Assembly (NCBI GenBank): GCA_019828565.1 | Contig: JAHDYR010000021.1 | Location: forward strand, 62,001 to 126,000 | Reading direction: 5' to 3' | DNA from: Carpediemonas membranifera BICM | Lineage: Eukaryota; Protista; Fornicata | DNA length: 64,000 bases | Shown here: piece after piece, positions 30,604-40,470 of the stretch | How positions within the stretch are numbered: the stretch's first letter is position 1 | Layout: each line of letters begins with the position of its first letter | Made by a program: the position numbers and the translations under genes | The notes under the pieces: model-generated | Told to the model about the DNA's origin: nothing | What the model saw: the letters and a program-made list of their open reading frames with translations, nothing else | Databases searched by the model: none

Positions 30604-33147
30604 CTAAAATTCGTCCTCCGCGGAGGCCTCCGCCTCAAGCGCCCGGATCTGCTCCTCAAGAGCGCGCTGCTGCGCCAGGAGATCCTCCTCGCTGATCTCG
30701 TCGAAGTCGAAGCTCTCGTCGAGAGCGGAGCGGCTCTGCATGTCGACGTCGACCGTCTCATCGAAGTCGAACGACTCGTCCAGCGTCATCGCGGAGGAAG
30801 CAGGCTCGGGCTCATCGGCGGGTGTGAGCGAGCGAGACAGCGCATGCTTGCTCTCGGCATTGCTCACACGCGCGGGCCTCGGCTGCCGCGCCGGCTCGGG
30901 CTCGGGTTCGCTTTCAACGGGCTCCGCGGCCTCGACGTTGGCCAGCGACCGGAAGCGGTGGAGGTACATGCGCGGGCCGATGGGGTATACGTGCGCGTGG
31001 TTGGTGAAGAGCATGATGAAGTCGTCCGACGTGATGTCCGTAGCCACGGACGCGAGCAGGTGCGCGATGTCGTCCTCGGCCTCGCGGTCGCCAAGAACCG
31101 TGACATCCGCCTCCTGCGGGTCGATGATGCCGTCGCCGTCCTGGTCGAGCAGCTCGAAGATGTTGCCCAGCGCCTCCCTGCGCAGGTTCTCGGCGAGCAC
31201 GCGCGACCGCTTGGGCGTGTGGACCGTCGAGGCGAGCAGGTGTGCCTTCTCCTTCTCGCGCTGGATGCGGCGCTCCTTCATGTCGTCGTACTCGAACCAC
31301 GTCGCGTACAGGTGGTCCGACACGTTGCCGCGGTTCCTGCTAAGACTCTGGGCGACCGACACGGGCGGCTTGCGGGCCTTGAACGGCTTGACCTTGGAGT
31401 ACTCCGCGACGGCCTCCGCGCGACCCCGCCGGACTTCCTCGATGCGGGCCTCGGTCTCCTTCTTCGAGTTGACGAGCCGGTTGATGAAGTCCTCACGGGA
31501 CTCGCCGTCGAGCTGGCGGATGCGCTTCGACTTCTTCATGAAGGCGCGCGACTGCGACAGGTCGGGCTTGAACGTGTGGTCGAGCGGGAACCACTGCTTG
31601 TACTCTGTCTGGCGCTCGTGCCGCACCTTGGCGTCCTCGAACAGCAGTTCGTGCGCCTTCGCCTGCTCGGGCCGGCGGCGCAGCATCGTCTTGAACGCGC
31701 GCGCGTCCTTGTTGACCTCGGGCGCGAACGTGCAGCCTTCCATCTTCTCGGACTCGCGCATCTCGGCGAGCTTGGCCTTCTGCTTCTCGGCGATGTCCTG
31801 GTACTTACCCAACCGCTCGACGATGTCGCCGTCCTGGCCCATGCGCTGCGCCATCTTTGAGATCGTCGGCCGGAACGTCGCCTCCTCGTCGTTGATCTCC
31901 TCGGCAGCCGCCTCGCGGAGCTTCTTGAGCTGCGCCTCGCGCTGCTTGGCCTCCGTGTACAGCTTCTCGCCGTAGTTCTGGCAGTCGCCCGCGTTCCTGC
32001 TCTTCGTCAGCTGCTTCGTGACGGTCGACAGCTGCGGCACGCGTACCGACGCCTGCTCGTTCGCGGCGGCGGCCTCGCGCGCTTGCTCGAGGTGCTTGCG
32101 CTTGGCGTCGCCGTAGCTATGGAGCCGGTCGAAGACGGAGTCGTCCTTCAGCACCTTCTTCTTGCGCTTCTCCTGTGACGCCGTCTTCGGCCGTTGCGCC
32201 AGGCGCTCCATCGCGGCCGCCTGTGACGCGCTGTTGCGGCGCGAGTGCTGCGGCTCCTCAGTCGCGCTCATGGACGCCGTGCGTGGCCGCGAGAGGCGAG
32301 CAATCGTCTCGCGCTGCTGCCGCCGGGAGACGGGCTTCGTTCGCTTGGGCTGGACCGTGTTCTCGGCGGTGCTCGTGCCCATGTCGCGGATGGTCTTGCG
32401 GATGTGCTTGGCGAGCGGCGCCGTGATGGACTCGTCGAGATCGTGCTGCGCGATGAACGCCTTGGCGAGATCGGTTGGCGCATCGCCTTTGTGGACGGTG
32501 ATTGTGCCCTGCTCGCTTTCGTTGATATCTACAGTCATTACGAGCACAACAGGCCTCTTCTCTGGCGCGGGTTTGTTGTTCTTGGTCGGCGAGTTAAGCG
32601 TCTCACGCCAGACGCGGCGCTGCTCGAAGCCCTCCATCTCGCTCGCGAGGAACTTGGACTCCTCCAGCGCGAAACGGTCCTGCTGCAGACGGCGGCGCTC
32701 GTTCTCCCGCTCGCTGAGGATGGCCGCCTCCTCGCAGAGCCGCTCGATCTCCTGGGCCCGCTGCATGGCGAGCTCCTCGGCCACGCGCTGGCGCTCCTTG
32801 ACCTCGTACTGTGCGCGGAGCTCGTCCATCTTGTTCTGCTGTTCGCGTCTGAAGGCCTCCTGTTCCTCCAGAAGGCGCTGGCGCTCCCGCATGGCAATTT
32901 GTTGTTGCTCTTTCTGCAGGAGCTCGCGCTCGAGGGCACGCGCTTCTCTGAGTTCCATTGCAAGGCGCTTAGCTTCCTCTCCCGATGCCAGTTTGACGGC
33001 ATCCTGGTATTCCTCCCGTTCTTTGAGCAAATGTTCGCGCTCAGTCATCGAGAGTTCGTGCTGCTGCTCTCGCGCGAGCATATTCTCGATTGACGAGGTT
33101 AGTTGCACTTTCTGCTGGCTGACACGGCGCGTGAGCTCCGTAGCCAT
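30604..33147 (-). CDS. Coiled-coil protein with TFxP repeats and a C-terminal EF-hand (probably cytoskeletal or flagellar)
   Basis: EATFRPTI, GCTFAPEV, HTFKPDL; DRL/ERL helices; EF-hand loop DQDGDGIIDPQE. Confidence 0.75.
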   Translation of the reverse strand: MATELTRRVSQQKVQLTSSIENMLAREQQHELSMTEREHLLKEREEYQDAVKLASGEEAKRLAMELREARALERELLQKEQQQIAMRERQRLLEEQEAFRREQQNKMDELRAQYEVKERQRVAEELAMQRAQEIERLCEEAAILSERENERRRLQQDRFALEESKFLASEMEGFEQRRVWRETLNSPTKNNKPAPEKRPVVLVMTVDINESEQGTITVHKGDAPTDLAKAFIAQHDLDESITAPLAKHIRKTIRDMGTSTAENTVQPKRTKPVSRRQQRETIARLSRPRTASMSATEEPQHSRRNSASQAAAMERLAQRPKTASQEKRKKKVLKDDSVFDRLHSYGDAKRKHLEQAREAAAANEQASVRVPQLSTVTKQLTKSRNAGDCQNYGEKLYTEAKQREAQLKKLREAAAEEINDEEATFRPTISKMAQRMGQDGDIVERLGKYQDIAEKQKAKLAEMRESEKMEGCTFAPEVNKDARAFKTMLRRRPEQAKAHELLFEDAKVRHERQTEYKQWFPLDHTFKPDLSQSRAFMKKSKRIRQLDGESREDFINRLVNSKKETEARIEEVRRGRAEAVAEYSKVKPFKARKPPVSVAQSLSRNRGNVSDHLYATWFEYDDMKERRIQREKEKAHLLASTVHTPKRSRVLAENLRREALGNIFELLDQDGDGIIDPQEADVTVLGDREAEDDIAHLLASVATDITSDDFIMLFTNHAHVYPIGPRMYLHRFRSLANVEAAEPVESEPEPEPARQPRPARVSNAESKHALSRSLTPADEPEPASSAMTLDESFDFDETVDVDMQSRSALDESFDFDEISEEDLLAQQRALEEQIRALEAEASAEDEF

Positions 33148-33395
33148 TGCGGATGTTCTTGAGAAAATAGCCAATGTCCTAAACTGCACAATTAAGTTCT
33201 GACACCAACAGCGACAGTGCACGCGGTATCATCCAGGGGAGTGCGCTGTACACACCACTGCTATCTCTGGCTACGAGGTGTGTTTTGAACATTCGTGGAG
33301 GGCTTCGTGTTGAGGAGTGCAAGAGACCAGTCTCGAGAGTTTATGATAAAGTACAAGCGGGAGTCAATTGATAGTTACTGCAGCCGGCCCGCTCA

Positions 33396-34604
33396 TCAGA
33401 CCGAGAGCACCGTTTCACCCCTGATCGAGACACTGAATACCACCTCGTACCGCGCCTTCACGCCCACTAATAGCCCGAGCAGGCCAAACAACACAGCCAC
33501 GACGACCACGAGCTTGGTCTTCCAGTCGGCCTTGACCCGGCCATGCACCGCCGTCGCCAGCTGGATGAGCGTGCGGAGAGCCAGGTCGGCCAGCCGCCAG
33601 ACCCGCTCGCTCAGCCCGCCCCGGCCCTCGAGGGCGGTCAGACGGTCAGCCATCGTCGTGAACTCGGTGCGGACAGACCCTAGCTGGTGCTGAAGGGTGC
33701 TCACCTCGCGTTCAAGGACACCAACGCGTTGCTTGGTCTCGAAGGCGGCCTGCTCAATCATGGTGATCTGATTGCGGGCCGTGCTAATCTCGGATAGAAT
33801 CATGCCCTTGTTCACCATGCGTCCCTCGACTGCGCTGAGTCGTGACTCGAGTGAAGTCAGGTCCCGGCCCAATGATGACACTCTGTCGATGATCTCCGAA
33901 TCTAACTCGACCAGGGGCTCCCTCGCGGACTTTTCAGGGGACCGTTCAGCGTCGTTCATAGGCGCCGACGCCAGTGTCTTTGGCCTAATGAGCGGGCTGT
34001 CGTTAAAGTGCGGCGACTCTGAGTCCTGTGTGTGTTCAATGACGGAGAGCGAGTCCGAGTCAGAGGGCAATGAGGCCTCGGAGTCAGGCAGGGCTGTCTG
34101 AGAGAGGGCGAGGTCGGACCTGGTCCTCTGGGGCGCGTCGCCCTTGTTGCCGACTGGGGTGAGAGTCGCGTCCATTGCCTGGGTCATGGAGTTCGACCGT
34201 GTCCGCTGGTGGCCCTTGGCTGGGGCTGGGGCGTCCAGCAGGGTGGGGCCGCGGGGCTGGGGCTGCGAGGAAGGCTCGGGGGCGTTCTGAGCTGGGCCTG
34301 TGGGCGTTGAGACTGCTGTCCTTGGTTCAGGCGCGGGGTTCTTGGCGAAGACGGCTGCGTAGCTCCTGAACGAACCGCTCTTCACCTGCTTGTAGTGCTC
34401 TTCCAGGTAGCGCTTGGTAGCCTCAGTCTGGCTGCTTGGATCTGTGTTTGTGTTTGCTGCATTTCGAGGATCGCTTGCTCCTGTCAGCGTCAGCTTCCTC
34501 GGCATGCGCCTTCTGTCTTGAACGTGCTTCCCGCTGCTATCCATCATCATCAGGGACTGTAGTTCCGACATATATGTGTTGTAGGACGAGTTAACTTCGC
34601 TCAT
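33396..34604 (-). CDS. Tail-anchored coiled-coil membrane protein
   Basis: Disordered Pro/Ser-rich region, coiled coil, then C-terminal TM LVVVVAVLFGLLGLLVGV. Confidence 0.7.
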   Translation of the reverse strand: MSEVNSSYNTYMSELQSLMMMDSSGKHVQDRRRMPRKLTLTGASDPRNAANTNTDPSSQTEATKRYLEEHYKQVKSGSFRSYAAVFAKNPAPEPRTAVSTPTGPAQNAPEPSSQPQPRGPTLLDAPAPAKGHQRTRSNSMTQAMDATLTPVGNKGDAPQRTRSDLALSQTALPDSEASLPSDSDSLSVIEHTQDSESPHFNDSPLIRPKTLASAPMNDAERSPEKSAREPLVELDSEIIDRVSSLGRDLTSLESRLSAVEGRMVNKGMILSEISTARNQITMIEQAAFETKQRVGVLEREVSTLQHQLGSVRTEFTTMADRLTALEGRGGLSERVWRLADLALRTLIQLATAVHGRVKADWKTKLVVVVAVLFGLLGLLVGVKARYEVVFSVSIRGETVLSV

Positions 34605-34852
34605 TGTCCTTCTATACGTGGTTTTGGCTTCGTGCCCCTGAAGGGTTCTTCTTGAAAAGTGCAGGATATGCACCAGTCATAGACCCCGGGCCAAGGAGGC
34701 CTGTGCGGAGTGCATCCACTGCAAGGACTCAGTAGTCTCACTGTTCTCCTACCACGACCCTTCGACCCAGAACAGTCGACAGCTGTCGATGACAACGCCG
34801 ATCCCAGGACGGTGGCCGATGCAGACAAATCAATCAAGAGACGATGTCGCGT

Positions 34853-36565
34853 TTACTTGGTATTCCACCTCGCGAACGCCGAGAGCACCTCATCCGGCGT
34901 CGGGATCCCGGTCGACCCATACACAAAGTCGATGTTCAGCTGGGCAAAGTGCCGCTCGAGAGCCCGCTGCTCGTGGTAGCTTCCCCCGCCGACGACGAAT
35001 AGCATCACCCTTCCCTTCGGCAGCTGGGGCGCAGCAATGGCCAGAGTCTCGCCCGAGAGGTCCGTCGTCGCCCAGCCCTCTGGGACCCTGTCCGCGGTGA
35101 CGAGGTTCTTCACGGTCGCGGGGATAGGCCAGTCGGACTTCTTTTTGATCACATCAAGCGCCCGGTCGAGCAGCTTCTTGTTGTTGTGCACCACCACCGC
35201 CTTCTTGAACTCGACTGCGGCGTTCAGCGCGGCCACATGCCCCGTCCGCTTCTCATTGTTCGGCCACCGCTTGTCGAGCGTCGCGATATAATCCCCCACT
35301 GAATCTGGACCCCGCGGCATCAACACCGCGCTCACTGCCGCCCTCACATAGTCTCCAGCTGTCCCGCACTCCTCTGGGGCGGGGGGGAGGGTCAGCTTGG
35401 CGTCCCTGCTGATGTAACGCTGCGGGGCCGTCTTCATGTCCTTCATCTTCGTCGTTGTGTTGGATGCCAGAGTCACGTGAGTCGTCACAGTCGCCTTCTT
35501 CGCGATGGTCTCCCTCATTTGAGTGAGGGCGTCGCTGACGTCAACCTTCGTCAAGCTGTCCGGGTCTTTCAGGCGGTTCTCCAGCGCGATGAGCTCCGTA
35601 ATCTGCTCGCTAGTGGTGTTGGAAATCATCTCGAGGTCGTCGCCACTGAATGAGCGCCAGAACTCGTCATTGGGGAAGAGATTGGTCGTCTTGGCCCCGT
35701 CACCCCCGACGTCTGTCTTCACGGTGTTCCTATGAATGCCCCACACCGAGTGGATCAGCGCTGCGTACGTCAAGCTGTGTGCGACAAGGGCCCCGAAGTC
35801 TGTCTGCCTGTCAATGATTATGAGCAGTGAATCGTGGTCGCCCTCAACCTCTTGCCTCTTGCACAGCTGTTTGGCCACCTTCTCAGCCCCCGCTACCTGC
35901 TGATAGACCACCACTGGGTTCCTCATTCGATGGGCCAGAAGAGCGCCGCTGAGATCGGATACGGTGTCGCGGATATAATCCTCGGCCTCCAGGGAGGGTG
36001 GGGCGTCTCGGGGCGGATAGAGGTAGGTCAGGTGAGTGAAATAGGTGGGGGCGGTGGCGACCTTATGGCCCAGTTCGGTCCCGGCGAGAGTGACAAAGTT
36101 CCTGCTGTCGACAATCATGTAGGTGAAGTTGGTCGAGTGTACGCCGTTGATTCTGCCCTGCTTCTCGACAGGGAGCTCTGCCAGGCTTGCTTTGAAGCTC
36201 TGTAGGGCAGCATCCGTCAGTGGGCGTGTGAAATTGATAAAGTAGTACGCATATCGGTCCTTCTGGATGTCATCCAGGATGCGCTTGATGTTGGCTGGTG
36301 TGGGGAGACACAGGTACACCGCTGGGAACGTCGGCATGCTCTTGGAGAGGCGTGTCGAGTCGTTGATCGGGTAGAAGAGGCATACACCACCCTTCTCAAG
36401 CAGCATGTTCATGCTGAAGGCAGATACGCATACCATGCCGGGCTCATCGTATATGAGGACCTTGGGAACGATGACGTGGTTCTTGAGGGAGAGATGGGAG
36501 GCATGGAAGTTCAATAGCGAGATGACAGAGGCTGTGTGAGTGTGGAGAGGTGGAAATGAGGTCAT
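34853..36565 (-). CDS. SLY1: Sec1/Munc18-family protein, Sly1-like
   Basis: KVLIYD, PAVYLCLPTPANIKRILDDIQKDRY..YFINF, LIIIDRQTD..HSLTYAALIH, FVVGGGSYHE, VYGST; ATG at 36565 (the longer ORF is read-through from upstream). Confidence 0.85.
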   Translation of the reverse strand: MTSFPPLHTHTASVISLLNFHASHLSLKNHVIVPKVLIYDEPGMVCVSAFSMNMLLEKGGVCLFYPINDSTRLSKSMPTFPAVYLCLPTPANIKRILDDIQKDRYAYYFINFTRPLTDAALQSFKASLAELPVEKQGRINGVHSTNFTYMIVDSRNFVTLAGTELGHKVATAPTYFTHLTYLYPPRDAPPSLEAEDYIRDTVSDLSGALLAHRMRNPVVVYQQVAGAEKVAKQLCKRQEVEGDHDSLLIIIDRQTDFGALVAHSLTYAALIHSVWGIHRNTVKTDVGGDGAKTTNLFPNDEFWRSFSGDDLEMISNTTSEQITELIALENRLKDPDSLTKVDVSDALTQMRETIAKKATVTTHVTLASNTTTKMKDMKTAPQRYISRDAKLTLPPAPEECGTAGDYVRAAVSAVLMPRGPDSVGDYIATLDKRWPNNEKRTGHVAALNAAVEFKKAVVVHNNKKLLDRALDVIKKKSDWPIPATVKNLVTADRVPEGWATTDLSGETLAIAAPQLPKGRVMLFVVGGGSYHEQRALERHFAQLNIDFVYGSTGIPTPDEVLSAFARWNTK

Positions 36566-36956
36566 ACAAACATTGTGTGTTGTTGTAGAACTCTGACAGC
36601 TTCGTTCCGCTGCTGTCCATCGGAAGTGATTGTCAAGTGTCCAATAACCACGGCAAAACATGTTGCCCATGAATTCATGTAACATGGGTGCCACGCCAGC
36701 ATAGCGCTGTATCGTAGGCCTGCTCGGTCGATGCGACGCTTCCGTCCCTGCCTGGCTCGACTCCCACCCCAGCCTAGCCCAGGACAGACAGCAAGAGGAG
36801 ACACGGCCATGCCCTGAGCAGGGTCCTATCATGGCATGGTTAGCGCATGCTATCCCTGCACCGGCCAGGTGGATATGGTGTTGGACATGCCTGCCTATCA
36901 TGCCATCCATGCCTGGTGAACACCGGCACCAGTCGAATCTGCTATGTTTATCCTCC

Positions 36957-37721
36957 TCACTCGGCATCAGACGGCTGGAAGTCGCTCTCGTCGTCCTCGC
37001 TCTCCTCTTCCTCCTCCTCCTCGTCGCTGTCGAACTCGCTGTCCGTATCGGGTTCGCTCTGGTAGCCCTCCAAGGCCACCGTACGGCGGGCACGCTTGCC
37101 TTCGACAATGACGTCCTTGTTGTCCCACTTAAGAGCTCTGAGCTCGAGCTCGTCCATACTAATGGACTGGAGGGAGACCTTGTGCTGACGGCAAAGGCGT
37201 TTGATATCGTCAAGGGCCTCGACGAGAATGCCCTTCTTCTTGATAAGCATGTTGCCGTGAGAGATGAGGGACATTTCGGGCAGCTCGATCGCCGTGTCGA
37301 TCTCGCGGAGGGTCTGGCACAGTGCGTGGTAGGCCATGACGGCTTCTTCCTTTGTGAACCGCTCGGAGGGGCTGGCTGCGTTCTTCTTCATGCTGGAGGA
37401 CTTGCGCTTGCCACGGTTTTCGCGGGGGCGCCCAGGCTTGCCTGCTTCGGCGTCGGTGGGGTAGTCATCCTCGCCTGACTCGCTCGATTCATCGTCCTCG
37501 TTGATCTCGTCGTCGCCTTTCTTTTGTACAGAGACCGGCTTTACGGGGATGATCGTAGCATCCGGCTTGATCTCCGTTTCCTTCGGCACAGTGACAGTAA
37601 CAAGCGGCTTATCTTCTTGCGGCTGCTGGGGCATTGTAGCGGTTGGAATCGGCTTCACGAACGAGGAAACGCCACTTTCAGGCATAGCAAGCATATTCAG
37701 ATTCACGTTGCCCAAATCCAT
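36957..37721 (-). CDS. Hypothetical acidic, probably nuclear protein
   Basis: 254-aa ORF with D/E tracts and basic NLS-like clusters. Confidence 0.65.
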   Translation of the reverse strand: MDLGNVNLNMLAMPESGVSSFVKPIPTATMPQQPQEDKPLVTVTVPKETEIKPDATIIPVKPVSVQKKGDDEINEDDESSESGEDDYPTDAEAGKPGRPRENRGKRKSSSMKKNAASPSERFTKEEAVMAYHALCQTLREIDTAIELPEMSLISHGNMLIKKKGILVEALDDIKRLCRQHKVSLQSISMDELELRALKWDNKDVIVEGKRARRTVALEGYQSEPDTDSEFDSDEEEEEEESEDDESDFQPSDAE

Positions 37722-37916
37722 CGCGTTTTGGCTGGTTGCGCAACGTTCAAGGCCTATTACTTGCGAGGCTCATGCCGATAAATCAATTACATAAATGGAA
37801 CACTATCTCGAGGATCATCGATGCAATCTAAAATCGAGTGTTACCACGGCAATAACCAACACAATCACGCTCTACCGCCATTACCCGGAGTATTTACAAA
37901 TGATGCATTCAAAGAC

Positions 37917-38459
37917 TTACTGGCGCATGCGGCTCTTACGATCAGAGCGAGATTCCACGGTCACCCAGCCATCGTCATCGACAACCTTTGCAGGCCCGGT
38001 GTACTCAGCCTTCGCGGGCTCGGCGGCGGGCTGCTCCTCGTCCTCCTCGTCGGCATCCTGGTTCTCAGCCACGAGCTGGCCGACTTCGGTGATGGGCTTG
38101 ATGGGAAGGGACCTGAGGTGCTCAAGCATGGCCATCGAGGGCGGTTGAGTGCGGAGGAGCTCCTGGCAGAGCATGATGCAGGCCCGAGAAACCTCGAGGT
38201 CAGAATCATCCTCAATGGAGACGTGGAAATCGGAATCAAGGACCTCTGTGAAGTAGTCAGCAAGCTCATTCTCATCCGCGTCGGTCCAGTAGTCGGAAAA
38301 CCAACCAATGGTCTCCTGGATGATGTTCTCAGCCTTTTCGACACCATCGCCCTCCTCGCAAAACTGAACAGCGAGCCTTAGCGCAGTCCAGTGGTTAAGG
38401 ATGAGAGAAAGGCCTTCGCTAAAGGCGGCAAATGCTTCAGGAGCCGGGGCGGTGGACAT
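37917..38459 (-). CDS. TSR2: Pre-rRNA-processing protein TSR2
   Basis: FSEGLSLILNHWTALRLAV, DFHVSIEDDSDLEVS, C-terminal DDDGWVTV. Confidence 0.85.
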   Translation of the reverse strand: MSTAPAPEAFAAFSEGLSLILNHWTALRLAVQFCEEGDGVEKAENIIQETIGWFSDYWTDADENELADYFTEVLDSDFHVSIEDDSDLEVSRACIMLCQELLRTQPPSMAMLEHLRSLPIKPITEVGQLVAENQDADEEDEEQPAAEPAKAEYTGPAKVVDDDGWVTVESRSDRKSRMRQ

Positions 38460-38736
38460 TTCGTTCCTCGCCTTTTTTCTTGCGTCAAGCAGTCGGCACT
38501 GAACAGCAAGCAGTCCGGACCTCGTTGGGCATGGTCTGAGGTTATGGTGGGTGCCGGGTGTATAGATGGGCGTCGAGCTGACATGGTGACTGCTATTCTT
38601 TGTCCTTTCCTCAGCTGGTTGAGCACATTGGAAGTGCCAGCAAATGAAATGCGCCGTAGACTACACAACACATGTCAACGCCAACGGTGGCGGATCAGCG
38701 AAAAGGCTGCTAGTTTAATCCGGTGAGGGCGATGTC

Positions 38737-39000
38737 TCATTCGACCAGCTCGACCTCTTCAGTCTGTTCGACTGCATGCTTTTTAGCACGCTCCACGTCG
38801 GCAATCTTCTTAACTGTTGCGTGAAGAACGGTAAGACGCTCTACTTGAGGGCCGAAAGCATCCTTTCTCTCGGACATGCGATTCTTGAAGCGCTCGAGCA
38901 GCTTGGCAGTTCTGCTGTACGAGTATGGCTTAGACTTCTTCTTTTCAAACTTAGTAAAGCCCGCAAGACGAATCTTAGGCCCTGATTGCCCCGGTGCCAT
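38737..39000 (-). CDS. Small basic hypothetical protein
   Basis: MAPGQSGPKIRLAGF... 87 aa with coding-like codon usage. Confidence 0.5.
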   Translation of the reverse strand: MAPGQSGPKIRLAGFTKFEKKKSKPYSYSRTAKLLERFKNRMSERKDAFGPQVERLTVLHATVKKIADVERAKKHAVEQTEEVELVE

Positions 39001-39318
39001 CCTTTTCTCTTCGCTTCCCATCCATATACATGATCGCATGTATATGTCCAGATATAGTAAATCGATTCGGAGTAGAGTTATGAACCAGCCTGTCAACATG
39101 TCTCCAACGAAATGCCGGCAAGACCTTTCGTTCAGGCGGTGAACCCATCCTTCGGTGGGTTCCAGGATTTGCGCCAAATATCGCAACCCTCGCCATCTGG
39201 ACAAGTCACACTGATGATGACTGCAGAGTCAATACAGCAAGGATCATAAAGTAGACATCCGCCTCTTGCTTTATTCACACGACTCTGCGTTAAGAGCCGC
39301 TCTCTGGAAACTCACTCA

Positions 39319-39681
39319 TTACATCTTCGCCTCGAGGAGGCAGACGACTTGAGAGAGCCAGCCGATGAAGCTCTGGTTCTTGAAGTCGCATTCGGCAAGG
39401 GCCTGGGGCTCGGGATCGCCGAAGACCTTGTGGTTCTGCTTAAGGTCGGTGATCACAGTGCGGGCAACGTCAAGCTGGGAGAAGTTGTTGGTGGGCTTCT
39501 TGACGGAAATACCGAAGGCCTTGCCAATGACGTAGGCCAGTTCCTCCTTACTCTCCAGTTTGATCTCGCTTACCTTCTCGGCGGCGTGCATGGTGTCGAA
39601 AAGGACCTTCAGGGCGTTAGTGTGCTTGCTGAAGTCACGGCACATGGTCAGAGACTCGTAACGTTGCTGATTTTCGCTCAT
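39319..39681 (-). CDS. Small hypothetical protein, possibly a divergent calponin-homology domain
   Basis: Strong GC3 bias; KPTNNFSQLDVARTVITDLKQ..PEPQALAECD..FIGWL loosely matches the C-terminal helices of a CH domain. Confidence 0.6.
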   Translation of the reverse strand: MSENQQRYESLTMCRDFSKHTNALKVLFDTMHAAEKVSEIKLESKEELAYVIGKAFGISVKKPTNNFSQLDVARTVITDLKQNHKVFGDPEPQALAECDFKNQSFIGWLSQVVCLLEAKM

Positions 39682-40470
39682 TCTAAAATTTCGGTAGTGT
39701 TGCAACTGACTCAACGACTGTGAGGTCAACATTGGTCAAACAGAATCAAACGGCGGATCAAGCATGTACGAGAGAGTCTAATGCTGGGGGCAGAGCTGGC
39801 CTTGGGGATCCAGGCTAGCATTCGTCGAAATATTTTTAGCTTGATTTGTCGATGGAATTATCAGTCGCGTCAGGACGCTTGCTGGGGGCAGCTGAGCAGT
39901 GGCATTCTGGAATCGACGGAGTGTAGCATATGCTGACTATTACAGCAGCGCGCGGTTCTGTCGCTCGTTGATTCTATCAGTCGGGCGGCCCAGATGGGGT
40001 TGACCTCCCAGGCCGAGCATGTGTCCAATTGCGGGGGTAACTGCCGAATTGACTCAATGTAGTCACTGCGCGTCGTTGCTTGTTGTTTGGCAAGGGTGAC
40101 TCCTCTGCTCTGACGCAACAGTAGTCACCCAAGGCATGACAGGCATCTTGGCGTTGGGCATCATCCAGACCTGCATGACCAACAGGTCAGGCTAAGTACT
40201 CCGTCTGCACATATAAATCCGAGTTGGCGTTGTGTTGTTCGCGAGGTCGACGCCAATGTCAACCTTGTGCAGTTCCAACATCACTCACATAAAGCACTCA
40301 GCCACGATTATAGAGCTGGACAGCTTCCCTCACTATACGAGCGGATCGTCATCAATGCGGTCTACACGGACGGTCCGGCATCGACCCCGACCCTCCGGCC
40401 CGACATAGAGATTACTCCGTCCTCTTCCAGACCCGAACTCATGCTCCAACATTTATAACAACACCGCCAC

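Noticed and set aside
36830-36910. Possible SECIS element (AUGA...AA) on the minus strand
   Set aside because: No matching 3' GA quartet and no in-frame UGA selenoprotein upstream
36566-37213. Apparent N-terminal extension of SLY1 overlapping the upstream gene
   Set aside because: Sec1 homology starts at ATG 36565; the extension is an alternative frame of the neighbouring gene plus intergenic DNA
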